Source: a virus. Taken from it: 64,000 nt of DNA. The notes beneath the pieces were generated by a model. The model was not told where the DNA came from and ran no database searches. It saw only the letters and a list, made by a program, of their open reading frames with translations. Location of the stretch: positions 32,001-96,000 of the IMG/VR virus record IMGVR_UViG_3300011113_000675; one strand, given 5' to 3'. Below, piece after piece: positions 49,056 through 59,267 of this stretch (position 1 is the stretch's first letter; every line of letters starts with the position of its first letter). The translations under genes and the position numbers were made by a program.

Positions 49056-49706
49056 TCAGATACTTTCAACCCGATGTTTCATGATTTCACAATACTTCTC
49101 GTCGACATCATAACTAACAGAATTAAACCCCAACTCTTTGGCAACTTTACTGGTGGTTCCACTTCCACCAAAAACGTCAATGATTGTTTGGTTTGGTTCT
49201 GCAGTTGTTAAAATAATTCTTCTGATGACTTCCTCAGGTATCTGACAAGGGTGTTCGGTCTTTTCCTTACTCACATTCTTTACCTGATTGATTTCCCACC
49301 AATCATAAAGTTTTGCTCCCGTCTTTCCTTCGGCAATTCGTTGTTGAATCCTTTTATCTTTGAGATTTTTGTATGGTTGTCTAACCTTTCTAAAATCAGG
49401 CTTACATCCCCACCATGAAATTAAACGACTTTGTTTCCCTGTGTTTGAATTATACACCCAACAAACAACCTGTTCACACTTGGCCTTTATTGCTTTTGGT
49501 AACAAGTTGATTGTTTCTTCGGGGTAATGAATGATTACACAAGGGGTTGGGATTTTGGATAATAGTTCAATATAATCCTCTTCACTTAATTTGTCTTTGT
49601 ATTCGTTGTACGAATATTCTTGATTATAAGGTGGGTCTGTAATTGTTAATCCTTTTGGTATGACGCAGTTTCTGAAGTCGTCATTGATAATTGTTGTTTC
49701 CACCAT
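49056..49706 (-). CDS. DNA N6-adenine/N4-cytosine methyltransferase (beta class)
   Basis: TDPPY, HPCQIP, DVFGGSGTT. Confidence 0.88.
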   Translation of the reverse strand: MVETTIINDDFRNCVIPKGLTITDPPYNQEYSYNEYKDKLSEEDYIELLSKIPTPCVIIHYPEETINLLPKAIKAKCEQVVCWVYNSNTGKQSRLISWWGCKPDFRKVRQPYKNLKDKRIQQRIAEGKTGAKLYDWWEINQVKNVSKEKTEHPCQIPEEVIRRIILTTAEPNQTIIDVFGGSGTTSKVAKELGFNSVSYDVDEKYCEIMKHRVESI

Positions 49707-49723
49707 AAAATTAATTAATCACC

Positions 49724-50422
49724 TTAAAATTCTTCTTCCCAAATTGTATTGGACTTGTCTATAATAGTGTTGTATGTGTGTTTTAATATAACAGTTTTTT
49801 CCTTAAAATCAAACTCAAATTCTCCTTGAGATCCTTCATTAATTTCCCAACCTCCGAAGTTTTCTTCTAATTCTTTATAACACCAATTTTCTATTTCGGT
49901 TGGTACAGGTTCACCATTATCGAAATCCGACTCGATATATCCACTATCTCCCCCTCCGTTATACTTCAAGGTCATGTAACCATCTTCAGGAATTTCCATA
50001 TCTTCAAAGACCCCTTTTTCTTCCCACTCTTCAATCATATCATCGTATTCAACTCCACTCGTGTCTCCTTCATCATTATAACTATAGATGTGAGTTAAAG
50101 ATATTTCTTTTTTTACAGAATCAATTGTAATTTCGAATCGTTGATAATCCATGTAAGCACTATCAGGCAATTCTGTTTCTAAATCTTCATCTTCAAAATA
50201 AAAGATAATTCTTTTCAGTATTGGTACAAGTCCGTCTGGAATTTCTGCAACATAATTATTGTCAAAGTGGGTTGGAAAGTCCTCATCACTGTATGAAATT
50301 TGTTCATGATCTGGTTCCATTTCGAATTGAATATCTCCATATTTCATTCCCAATGAAGCAAGATATCTCGCTACTCTCCCTAAATATTTTTTTTCTTCTG
50401 GTAATAGTATATTTTCTGCCAT
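49724..50422 (-). CDS. Acidic hypothetical protein (DUF6878-like C-terminus)
   Basis: YNGGGDSGYIE, GWEINEGSQG; TATTTAT 4 nt upstream of ATG at 50422. Confidence 0.55.
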   Translation of the reverse strand: MAENILLPEEKKYLGRVARYLASLGMKYGDIQFEMEPDHEQISYSDEDFPTHFDNNYVAEIPDGLVPILKRIIFYFEDEDLETELPDSAYMDYQRFEITIDSVKKEISLTHIYSYNDEGDTSGVEYDDMIEEWEEKGVFEDMEIPEDGYMTLKYNGGGDSGYIESDFDNGEPVPTEIENWCYKELEENFGGWEINEGSQGEFEFDFKEKTVILKHTYNTIIDKSNTIWEEEF

Positions 50423-50433
50423 ACAAATAAATA

Positions 50434-50787
50434 TCAGTCTTCGAATTCTAATTTGACTGTCTTCAACATCCACTGTGGTCTTTGACTGGACGCCACATTA
50501 TTAACCCACTCTTTTGCTGACGGAATGTAATTGTTACAATCCTCTTTTACATGTTGTTCTCCAACATAACGGGTGTACACCGTTTTACCATCGGAGTTTT
50601 TGAATTCGGTCCCGAACCTTTTTTCCATTTCAAAAATTCCTTCACTATGGTGTCTGAACATTCTATGTAAGGAATCACCAAACCAAGATTTGGTCTCATC
50701 CAACCATTCGTGGAGGTGAATATAGTCTTCGGGTTTTCCACCAAATTTTTTGGCAGATGATTTAGCATGTAAGTTTGGATGTGCCAC
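50434..50787 (-). CDS. DUF6915-like His-rich protein
   Basis: HAKSSAKKFGG, HRMFRHHSEG, EQHVKED. Confidence 0.65.
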   Translation of the reverse strand: MAHPNLHAKSSAKKFGGKPEDYIHLHEWLDETKSWFGDSLHRMFRHHSEGIFEMEKRFGTEFKNSDGKTVYTRYVGEQHVKEDCNNYIPSAKEWVNNVASSQRPQWMLKTVKLEFED

Positions 50788-50796
50788 AATAAAACT

Positions 50797-51513
50797 TCAA
50801 TTTATTTTTTTTATGTAAATTTTAATATTGTTTCCTGCAAAATAATGGTTTCCAATCAATTCAAAATTAGTTCTGTTAGCTAAAACTTCATTATAAATGT
50901 TTGCTCCTTTTCCGAAAATAGGATATTCTATTTTTTTCCAAATTTCATTATTTGGAAAAACCCACTGTAAATTCGTATCTTTCATCCAATTATCATCGAT
51001 TAAGATAATTCCACCTTTTGGCATAAGATTTTGTATGGATTCAAATTCTTTCCAATGATGAAGTGTTGAAGGAAAAGGATTGAACAAGTCCAAGTCAAAA
51101 CTATCCAAATGAACTATGTTGGGAACAAATGGGGGTCTTTTGAGAAATTCGACGGAATCCATACAATAAGTTTTGTAATTAATCCCATGAAAATTTTCCG
51201 AAAAAATTTCCTCACTTTGTTCACATGATACACAATCAGTATCAACCGAAGCCATCCGACCTCCGTAATTATGGACTAAACTTCCTAAAAAAAATCCGAA
51301 CAAACCGTAACCTACTTTTCCACTTGTACCAGTTTCAATTAGATTTATTTCGTCAAAATCGAAATGTTGTGAAATTAAATCTTTAAAAATTTGAATCTGA
51401 TTAACTCTGTTTTGAACCAAGAAGGAATTTTCTGAGTCAGAAACATGCTTACTCATGAAATTTTTGTACTCCATTTCAGCATGATTCAGTGAAAAAATTA
51501 ATTTATCTGACAT
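50797..51513 (-). CDS. Class I SAM-dependent methyltransferase
   Basis: [24 protein letters not shown]. Confidence 0.7.
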   Translation of the reverse strand: MSDKLIFSLNHAEMEYKNFMSKHVSDSENSFLVQNRVNQIQIFKDLISQHFDFDEINLIETGTSGKVGYGLFGFFLGSLVHNYGGRMASVDTDCVSCEQSEEIFSENFHGINYKTYCMDSVEFLKRPPFVPNIVHLDSFDLDLFNPFPSTLHHWKEFESIQNLMPKGGIILIDDNWMKDTNLQWVFPNNEIWKKIEYPIFGKGANIYNEVLANRTNFELIGNHYFAGNNIKIYIKKIN

Positions 51514-51532
51514 ATTAGTTTTTACAATTATG

Positions 51533-51617
51533 CAGAGGAGGACGGATTCGAACCCCCGTTACCTTTCAGTAAAATAGTTTTCAAGACTACCGCCATAAAC
51601 CACTCGGCCACTCCTCT
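51533..51617 (-). tRNA. tRNA-Ser(TGA)
   Basis: GTAGT-CTTGAAA-ACTAT, long variable arm, G73. Confidence 0.93.
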
Positions 51618-52110
51618 ATTTTATTACTTTGTACCCAAAATTATGTAAAACATCTTTACATAATTCTATAAATTCTTCAACACTTAAATTACCTTTAGCA
51701 AAATTTGCTTCGGGTGTTGCAACACCCAAGTTTTCAAAAGTAGATTCACCACCCTTGGATACAGGAACAATATGGTCAAATTGATATTTAGTCACATCCG
51801 ACGTATCAATTTCCCTACCCGATAAATAACATTTCGTTACTGAGTCCAAATACTCTTGGATTTTGACTCTATCGAAATATTTCGAATTATACGTTATGTT
51901 TTCACCTTTATATCTATCGATAAAGTGCTCCTGTTTTTTTAACCAAGGATGTAGATTTCTTTGTTTTACCACTCTCTGATACGCTTTTTCTTTTTGTCCT
52001 AATCCACAATGGTATGATATTGTAGAACGAGAACATCCAAGTTCTTTTTCTATTTGTTTGTAACTTTTTCCCTCTTCCCTAAGATTTAGTATCTGTTTTT
52101 TTAATTCCAT
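51616..52110 (-). CDS. HTH-HNH homing endonuclease
   Basis: N-terminal HTH ([19 protein letters not shown]), [10 protein letters not shown]...N...N.AK. Confidence 0.85.
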   Translation of the reverse strand: MELKKQILNLREEGKSYKQIEKELGCSRSTISYHCGLGQKEKAYQRVVKQRNLHPWLKKQEHFIDRYKGENITYNSKYFDRVKIQEYLDSVTKCYLSGREIDTSDVTKYQFDHIVPVSKGGESTFENLGVATPEANFAKGNLSVEEFIELCKDVLHNFGYKVIK

Positions 52111-52236
52111 ACATATAAATATAAGGTTCGAAACAAAAAGATACGAACTTAAACACAAATAATAGGAATGAGTATTTGCAACTGCCCATTCCCTTCAAAA
52201 GACCTACCCTGGTACGTTCTAGCGTGGTAAGTAATT

Positions 52237-52311
52237 TGGAGCTCCCACTCGGAATCGAACCAAGTTATCATGATTACAAGTCATGCGCATCGCCAGCAAT
52301 GCTTTAGGAGC
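52237..52311 (-). tRNA. tRNA-Thr(TGT)
   Basis: CATGA-CTTGTAA-TCATG, encoded CCA. Confidence 0.93.
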
Positions 52312-52319
52312 TTTTTCTA

Positions 52320-53048
52320 TTATTGGTTTCTTAATCCTCTGATGTAAACATCATTTCTCGAATTTAGATTCAACACCATACCACGATCAGTTGTTGTGTA
52401 TATCCTGTATTGTCCAGCGGGAATACGATTACCAGTATAATTAATCACTACTTCTGACAAAACATTATCAGTTTTAATATCTTTTGGAGATCCAGTCCCT
52501 TCAACAATACGTATCCAAGTTTGTCTTTTTGTATCGTTGTTCATAGCATTAATTGGTATTAGAACTACGATATAAGAAAAACTATCATTAACAGTATTTT
52601 TTGCAATTTTTACTGTTTTGAAATTAAATGCTTGGACAGGATTACCAAATGTGTCAATTCCTCCACTTGTTTGGGGAACATCAACTTGCATAATTTGTGG
52701 TAATCTACCATCAATCCAGTGAGGCATATTAATATAATTTGAAAAATTTGGAAAATTGGATTTCATGTTCTCTCCAAGACCAACCCCATGAAACCCAACG
52801 AAGGGTAATCTTCCGGTGAATGGTACAGTCATCAAATAGTTCCTAATCATCGTATGTTTCGATCTTGGTTCAACGAAAATATACGCTCTCAACGATGTTT
52901 GTGTACCACCAACACTCGATGTTGACATAGTTGCATGTTCCATGTTAACAACTGGATTGATTTCACTACCAAGAATATCTTCTTTCGAACAAGATGTTAG
53001 AAATACTAAAAATGTGAGGAGAGACAGTAATAAGTGTTTAATTTTCAT
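52320..53048 (-). CDS. Hypothetical lipoprotein
   Basis: Lipobox LTSC followed by SKED. Confidence 0.65.
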   Translation of the reverse strand: MKIKHLLLSLLTFLVFLTSCSKEDILGSEINPVVNMEHATMSTSSVGGTQTSLRAYIFVEPRSKHTMIRNYLMTVPFTGRLPFVGFHGVGLGENMKSNFPNFSNYINMPHWIDGRLPQIMQVDVPQTSGGIDTFGNPVQAFNFKTVKIAKNTVNDSFSYIVVLIPINAMNNDTKRQTWIRIVEGTGSPKDIKTDNVLSEVVINYTGNRIPAGQYRIYTTTDRGMVLNLNSRNDVYIRGLRNQ

Positions 53049-53087
53049 GATTGTTTTGTTTTATTGTGTTTTTATCGAGTTTCAAAG

Positions 53088-53161
53088 TGGGCCTGGTAGG
53101 AATCGAACCTACTACCTTCACATTATGAGTGTGCCGCTCTAACCTAGTGAGCTACAGGCCC
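53088..53161 (-). tRNA. tRNA with CAT anticodon, likely Ile2 (lysidine) rather than Met
   Basis: Loop CTCATAA; Ile-type acceptor GGGCCTG/CAGGCCC-A; TACCTTTG at 53206-53213. Confidence 0.8.
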
Positions 53162-53284
53162 GATTAATGTAAATACTAATTACGTTTGTTCTTTAATCAA
53201 CATGACAAAGGTAATAAAATTTTTAATTTACAACAACTTTCGTTTCTAAAAAAAATAAATTACTTTTGTCGAAATATTTGATAA

Positions 53285-53770
53285 ATGAGTACAGTATTAG
53301 TTTTGAACTCTGATTACACTCCTTTGAATGTAACAAGTGTACAGAGAGGATTTGTTTTGGTCACCAAAGGAAAGGCGGAAGTGTTAAGGTCGGATGAGAA
53401 TCCAATTGTAACAGGTTACAAGACGTTTATACGACCCGTTATCATACGCCTATTGAAATATATCAGACATAGAACAAGGCTCAATAAACCGAATCGTAGT
53501 CGTATCTATAAAAGGGACGGATATGAGTGTGTTTATTGTGGGTCAAAAAAGAATCTAACATTAGACCACGTAATACCCAAATCAAGAGGAGGTTCCAATG
53601 AATGGACAAACTTAGTTACTTGTTGCTCAAAGTGTAATAGAGATAAGGACAACAAAACTCCTGAGGAAGCTAAAATGCTAATGAAAAAACCAGCATACGA
53701 ACCACCAATAATGTATGATAATGTGGTATTATTAAATGTCTGGACAGATTTTCAGAAATCTTTTGTATAA
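53285..53770 (+). CDS. HNH endonuclease (McrA-like)
   Basis: VLVLNSDY, RDGYECVYCG, TLDHVIPKSRGG, CNRDK. Confidence 0.9.
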   Translation: MSTVLVLNSDYTPLNVTSVQRGFVLVTKGKAEVLRSDENPIVTGYKTFIRPVIIRLLKYIRHRTRLNKPNRSRIYKRDGYECVYCGSKKNLTLDHVIPKSRGGSNEWTNLVTCCSKCNRDKDNKTPEEAKMLMKKPAYEPPIMYDNVVLLNVWTDFQKSFV

Positions 53771-53809
53771 AATAAAAATTGTATTAACTTTGTGGAAAAT
53801 AAATTAGAT

Positions 53810-54490
53810 ATGAACATCGGACAAGAATTTCAAAACTATTACGTAAAACATTTGGGTAAGGGGTCCTTGGACCTTCACAATTTCTCAAGTCAAATTCAAT
53901 CATCAATGACTCCTTATATTCTTGAAGAACGAGAAATGAGAGCAACTCAAATCGATATCTTCTCAAGATTGATGAGAGACAGAATTATTTGGGTGGCTGG
54001 TCCTGTGGATGATAGAATGTCCACTATTGTACAAGCACAGTTAATGTTTATGGACAATGTTGATAAGACGGACATTACAATGCACATTGATAGTCCAGGT
54101 GGAAGTGTGAAGTCAGGATTGTCTATGGTTGATGTAATGAACTACATTGCTTGTGATATCAGAACTGTAAACACGGGTATGGCGGCATCTATGGGTTCCG
54201 TATTGTTGGGGGCAGGAACCAAAGGAAAGAGAAGTTCATTAAGATTTTCGAGAACGATGTTACACCAATCTTCTGGAGGATTCGGAGGAAATATTCAGGA
54301 TGCTGAAATCAGTATGAAAGAATGGCATAAATTGAATGACATTCTATTTAATCTTCTTGGTGAGTACTGTGGAAAAGACCCTGAACAAGTTAAGTTAGAC
54401 GCTACCCGAGATTTGTGGTTAGATAGTGAACAAGCTCTCGAATATGGAATTATTGACGAGATTGTTAAAACGAAAAAGAGGGGTAAATAA
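53810..54490 (+). CDS. clpP: ATP-dependent Clp protease proteolytic subunit
   Basis: DIFSRLM, DSPGGSV, AASMGS, HQ, RDLWL; TAACTTTG at 53785 overlaps the GTG, so ATG 53810 preferred. Confidence 0.95.
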   Translation: MNIGQEFQNYYVKHLGKGSLDLHNFSSQIQSSMTPYILEEREMRATQIDIFSRLMRDRIIWVAGPVDDRMSTIVQAQLMFMDNVDKTDITMHIDSPGGSVKSGLSMVDVMNYIACDIRTVNTGMAASMGSVLLGAGTKGKRSSLRFSRTMLHQSSGGFGGNIQDAEISMKEWHKLNDILFNLLGEYCGKDPEQVKLDATRDLWLDSEQALEYGIIDEIVKTKKRGK

Positions 54491-54571
54491 CCCCTCTTTT
54501 TTTTTAGACTTAGAACACCCCCTTTTCTTTTTGTTCGTCAGTTTATCACAAAATAATTTTACTTATTTTGG

Positions 54572-55240
54572 CTACGGTGTGAATAATCCTCCATCCACAT
54601 CAGGTTTCAATTTGTCATAAACTTTAGACGCCTTTTCACTCATTTTACTAAATAAATCACATACTATATCACTAATTTTTCTTTCCACATTTTCCACAAA
54701 CGTTTGGTCTTTGACTGCATCCGCTAAAGCACTATTCAAGAATTTTGATTCAATCGTATTGGGCCCACTTTGTCCCATAATTCTTTCATGTACCGCCTTG
54801 GATAAAGATTCTGCAACTAACTTGGATAACTCATCACAACTTCTCAATGATTGAGCAAACTTCGTTGGATCTGAAGACAATGAGGACTTTAAAGATTCTT
54901 TGAAATAATCCGCTAATTCCAATGATTTCATCAGCGAATCGACCAACGGTCCAATGATTGTTTGAAAAACTCCTGTCATCCCGTCTCCGAAAATTTTACC
55001 TATAAAGTCTTTCAATTGTTCGTTCAATAAATTTATTTCTTCTAAGTAATTTATTTCGTAAACAAGTTTGTAGGCGATTTTTTCTTGTTTCGATTTTGTC
55101 AAATAACCGAAATTTTTGATATTATATTCAGATTCAAAAATCATAAGAATCCTATTCTTCACCAAACTTTGTTCGATCAAGAGTTTTTCTTTTCTTTCTT
55201 TTGTTTCTAAGATTGCTTTTTTTATTTTTATTTCTAACAT
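54572..55240 (-). CDS. Hypothetical helical protein, likely virion-associated
   Basis: Downstream of the PG-binding gene; LLIEQ/LLNEQ motifs. Confidence 0.5.
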   Translation of the reverse strand: MLEIKIKKAILETKERKEKLLIEQSLVKNRILMIFESEYNIKNFGYLTKSKQEKIAYKLVYEINYLEEINLLNEQLKDFIGKIFGDGMTGVFQTIIGPLVDSLMKSLELADYFKESLKSSLSSDPTKFAQSLRSCDELSKLVAESLSKAVHERIMGQSGPNTIESKFLNSALADAVKDQTFVENVERKISDIVCDLFSKMSEKASKVYDKLKPDVDGGLFTP

Positions 55241-55248
55241 GAGTGTAA

Positions 55249-56517
55249 TTACTTAATTCTCCATATTGAATCCGGTCCTTGTGTTAATGGTCCTCCCGCC
55301 ACACGACCTGATAAAACATCTAACATATTATCAATATTTCGACCACCTCTTCCTAATACACCAAATTTTCCATAGTGCTGGTCTTTACAAGCCTGAACAA
55401 TTCTTCTTGCTTGTGCAATTGTTGTAGGGTCAACGACGATACTATTCTTTTGTTGGAATGATGTGTAAAAATCTCTGATATTTTTTCTACAAACTGATTT
55501 ATCAATCGATTGGTTATCTAAAATATCACTTAAAATACTATCTCGTCTTCTAAGTGTGGATTGTTGATTAGGATCGGAGTATCCTGCCGCTGGCCCAATT
55601 TGCGTTGGTTCTGTAACAGGTTCATCTGTTTGTGTTTGTTGGGTGACAGGTTGGGCTTCTTGTGCCGCAGGTTGTGTTTCTTTTTGGTTGAGTATCTGTG
55701 AAAAGAATTCTTCGGAATTTCTACTCTCGAAATTTAGCTCCCCAATACTACTTTTCATTGTAAAGTTTGAATCTCCATCACAACTCCATTCACCGTTGTC
55801 AGTGAAAACTCCATTTGTGAACTGTTTCCAAGTTTTCTTCCCATCTGCCCAACTGTTAAATCTCCAAATCAGGTTTGTTATTTTAAATATTACTTCAAAT
55901 TCATTTTTACCCTCTATGGTATTTTGTAAGTGGCTAAAGCTCGAATAAAGATACTTGTTCGCTCGAAAAAAAGTTTGAATACATGAGAATATGTCATCAG
56001 GTTGAGTTTGTTGTGTGACAGGCTGTGTTCCTTTTGAGATTTGTCCAAATTCCTTTGGTGCTAAACGTAACTGCGAATCCGAAGTTTTTACTTTACTTTG
56101 AACTGGATTAGCCGCAACCCTCATTTTTTCATCTGATTTTTTGAGTAATGCTTTGATGGTCTCAGGTCCAACTATACCATCCTTCTTCAATGGTTCCCCC
56201 TCATCATTTTTATTTTCTGATTGAAATTTTTCAACTTGTGCTTTAGTTAAACTACCAAAATCATCATCAACCTCACCTGATTTACTAATATTTGTATATC
56301 CCGCAGAAATCAACAACTCCTGTATTTTACCCACAATTGGACCTTTCATTCCAGATTTAACAACAGATTTACCATTTTTTATATCATCAATTGTCAAGTC
56401 TGTCGTTTGTTCCAAAACTAAAGTCTTATTTTCAGTCAAGGTTTTAGACAAATCATACTTCATCATCAACTTTACTCTCTCTAATGCTTCTTGGGGGTTA
56501 TATTTCGCCTTAACCAT
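55249..56517 (-). CDS. Peptidoglycan-binding domain protein
   Basis: VGKIQELL...DDDFGSLTKAQVEKFQ...DGIVGPETIKAL; TATTTAT upstream. Confidence 0.75.
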   Translation of the reverse strand: MVKAKYNPQEALERVKLMMKYDLSKTLTENKTLVLEQTTDLTIDDIKNGKSVVKSGMKGPIVGKIQELLISAGYTNISKSGEVDDDFGSLTKAQVEKFQSENKNDEGEPLKKDGIVGPETIKALLKKSDEKMRVAANPVQSKVKTSDSQLRLAPKEFGQISKGTQPVTQQTQPDDIFSCIQTFFRANKYLYSSFSHLQNTIEGKNEFEVIFKITNLIWRFNSWADGKKTWKQFTNGVFTDNGEWSCDGDSNFTMKSSIGELNFESRNSEEFFSQILNQKETQPAAQEAQPVTQQTQTDEPVTEPTQIGPAAGYSDPNQQSTLRRRDSILSDILDNQSIDKSVCRKNIRDFYTSFQQKNSIVVDPTTIAQARRIVQACKDQHYGKFGVLGRGGRNIDNMLDVLSGRVAGGPLTQGPDSIWRIK

Positions 56518-56549
56518 ATTTACTAATTTATATTATAAATACACGTAAT

Positions 56550-56795
56550 TTACCAAATTTGATTTGCGGCTCCTCTTGTAAGACCTGTTTCCCATTTTTC
56601 GCCAGATGCACCTAATCTATTCGCTTTACCTCTTGTAATTGTATATGAGTCAGACCATTTTGGGACTTTTCCTCCACCACCTCCTGAAGATGCCGGAGCA
56701 GCCCCAGCATCATCTTGTTCACCCATTTCATCTTTAGTTCCCATTTGAGAATACTTAGAAAAAAAATCTATAAGGAAGTCAACGTCTAAAATCAT
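56550..56795 (-). CDS. Hypothetical protein with two TRGxAN repeats
   Basis: ITRGKAN and LTRGAAN; TATTTAT 4 nt upstream. Confidence 0.6.
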   Translation of the reverse strand: MILDVDFLIDFFSKYSQMGTKDEMGEQDDAGAAPASSGGGGGKVPKWSDSYTITRGKANRLGASGEKWETGLTRGAANQIW

Positions 56796-56843
56796 ACTAA
56801 TAAATATTTGTTTAATTAGAAATTTTTTTTTACTCTTTGAAAG

Positions 56844-57374
56844 ATGAAAAAGATTATACCTCTAATTCTTTTATTTTTAACCTCTTGTCAATTCTACGTC
56901 ACCGAAATTAAGGATGTTACGTTGAGTGGAAAGTATGTTGTTTCCAAATTGGAAATTACAAATGTTGACCAAAATCAAACTAAAGACCAAATTTACTTAG
57001 TGGGAGACACGTACGTAAATCAAAATCTCCCCCATCCATTCAATAACATCAAGATTAACAATTTTTACATACACTTTGACTATTCTACAGTCAAAATGGA
57101 TTTCCTCGGGTCAACAAAGTCAGGTGAAGATATTTGGAGATATGGTGTCAATCCTGATGAAATTTTTTATAACATATTTGGAACGACTCCATTCCACTCT
57201 GGGTACCTTCAATACGACTACACATCAAAAGATGGAAGCCACGTTTTGTTAACATTTATGATCGAAGATGACGGTTTTGAAACACTTCAACTAAAATCCT
57301 CAGGAGCTTGGTTTGGTGGTAAATTTGGTCAAAAACAAGTTATGACAATTCAATTAACTCGAGTTGGTCCTTAA
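56844..57374 (+). CDS. Hypothetical lipoprotein (lipocalin-like)
   Basis: Lipobox LTSC; LSGKY. Confidence 0.55.
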   Translation: MKKIIPLILLFLTSCQFYVTEIKDVTLSGKYVVSKLEITNVDQNQTKDQIYLVGDTYVNQNLPHPFNNIKINNFYIHFDYSTVKMDFLGSTKSGEDIWRYGVNPDEIFYNIFGTTPFHSGYLQYDYTSKDGSHVLLTFMIEDDGFETLQLKSSGAWFGGKFGQKQVMTIQLTRVGP

Positions 57375-57673
57375 TAGAATTCAGGTTGTGGGATTGAATC
57401 GGGATTAACGATATAATATTCATTCAGAAAGGACATCAACTCCTCTTCATCCAACTCTACTTTTTCTTCATCATCATAAGAATCCTCTTCAATTTCATCA
57501 TCGAAAAAATCAAAAGATTCCGTGATTAAATCGAAACCATAACTCTCGACAATGTTGTAATCGATAACGTCGATTCTAACGACATCTTCTTCGTCTTCAA
57601 TAGTTCTGAACGAAACTTCCAAAAGGTTTTTCTCACCGTTAAAGTAGTAAGAGACGATTTCTTTTATTTCCAT
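57371..57673 (-). CDS. Hypothetical acidic protein
   Basis: ORF starting MEIKEIVS. Confidence 0.55.
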   Translation of the reverse strand: MEIKEIVSYYFNGEKNLLEVSFRTIEDEEDVVRIDVIDYNIVESYGFDLITESFDFFDDEIEEDSYDDEEKVELDEEELMSFLNEYYIVNPDSIPQPEFY

Positions 57674-57812
57674 ATGACAACAATTTATTAACAAATATTA
57701 GAAAATATATGAAAAGTCATATATTTGTTGGAATTAAATAAAAAACCCCATATTTCTATGGGGTTGAAACTCATCTGAGTCGGTCCTACGAGACTATCGT
57801 AGGAGGGGTAAT

Positions 57813-59267
57813 TTATTTTATCACTTTCATTCTATTCATCATTTCCACAATTTTGTTTTTTTGATTGTGGAAGGATTCTTGTAAATCTTCATCCATTTCA
57901 AATTCTTCCTCTTCTTCAACTTCCTCTTCATTGTAACTTGACCTTTGATATGGTCCTGCACTACCAGGTCCTTTGGAATCAAAGTCATATGGAGGGTCCA
58001 TTTCACCATAAATTCCTTGAGAACCTGATACATCAACTTCATCTATTTCATCGGCAAATGCTGATTCCATGAACATAAAGTCCTCTTCTTCTTCCTCTTC
58101 TTGTCCTCCGCATTCTTCGTAATAACCAGTAATTAAATCTTCTCCGAACCAATCTTTACAGATGTCATGTAATTCATCAAACATCTCATCACCTTCAGGA
58201 TTTTGTCCCGTTTCTGCAAAGAAATTATCGATTGCCGAAGAAATTATATTGTCAGCATATTCAAATTCATCACTGAAATCATTACACATATCCCATTGAG
58301 TTTTTTCAAATTCAATGAAAGTCAACAAGTTGTCATAAGTTATCCCTCTTCTTCTGAATCTAATCATGTTCTCAGGTGCTTGCTCTTCCATTTCTCCCTC
58401 GGTTGGATATACTTCATCAGGACCGTCACTTATAAAGTCATATGCTGGTTTGATGTTACTAATATCCATGTCGGGAGCATTACCACCTCCTGTATAACCT
58501 TGTTCATCGATAGTTTCCATCCCCTTCAACAAATCTTTGTCGATAAGACCAACTTTTATTAAACGGTTCAATAAAGTTTTTCTAGGAAGTTTTCTCAAAT
58601 ATCTAATTACAATCGGCGGGATATCTTCCCCATATTGACCGAATAAATTATTCAAGATTTCATTTTCTTTTGGAGATGGGATAAATGAAGCTCTCGATCT
58701 TGATGCTTTCATCCCTCTCGGACCTTTCTCATAAGGCATATCATCCATGAATTGTTCGTCCATTTCTTCACCAGCTTGTAAGTCCTCGAATCCATCATCT
58801 TCATTGTCAGGATCTTCGTATTCACCTTCTGATTTTATTTTTTTCATGTGGTGCATTTTTTCAAAAGTATCTACACTATTAGATGGTCCTTCGATGTAAT
58901 CAAATCCTGCAGATGGGTTCAAATCTTCTTCATCATAGATATCATCTAATTTGCCAACACCTTCTTCCATTTCTCTGCCACCACATTGTTCACATATACC
59001 TTCAGCCATTCGACCTCCGCATTGTTCACACATTTCTTTTTCTTCAACTTGTTCGTTGATTCCCATATTTGTATATTTCTTAACCTCACCTTTGTTGTTA
59101 ACAACCATTCCGTCTTTGTCACCAGCGAAATCGTAGGTATATAAAGGTTGAGTGTTTGAAACCTGTGGTTGCATGGTTTGGTATCCATTATACAAACTCT
59201 TGTGTTGGTCCAAAATATTTTGTTTCTCTGTTGCAGATAATTGACCTAATCCAAAGTATCCTCTCAT
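57813..59267 (-). CDS. Acidic multi-module internal head protein candidate
   Basis: EKQNILDQH leader, two CEQCGG motifs, repeated xxEQ/xDE junctions, TATTTAT upstream. Confidence 0.55.
   Translation of the reverse strand: MRGYFGLGQLSATEKQNILDQHKSLYNGYQTMQPQVSNTQPLYTYDFAGDKDGMVVNNKGEVKKYTNMGINEQVEEKEMCEQCGGRMAEGICEQCGGREMEEGVGKLDDIYDEEDLNPSAGFDYIEGPSNSVDTFEKMHHMKKIKSEGEYEDPDNEDDGFEDLQAGEEMDEQFMDDMPYEKGPRGMKASRSRASFIPSPKENEILNNLFGQYGEDIPPIVIRYLRKLPRKTLLNRLIKVGLIDKDLLKGMETIDEQGYTGGGNAPDMDISNIKPAYDFISDGPDEVYPTEGEMEEQAPENMIRFRRRGITYDNLLTFIEFEKTQWDMCNDFSDEFEYADNIISSAIDNFFAETGQNPEGDEMFDELHDICKDWFGEDLITGYYEECGGQEEEEEEDFMFMESAFADEIDEVDVSGSQGIYGEMDPPYDFDSKGPGSAGPYQRSSYNEEEVEEEEEFEMDEDLQESFHNQKNKIVEMMNRMKVIK

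Noticed and set aside
57765-57810. Stacked hairpins with GAAAC, a possible hammerhead ribozyme
   Set aside because: No CUGANGA core on either strand; more likely 3' UTR structure before a terminator.
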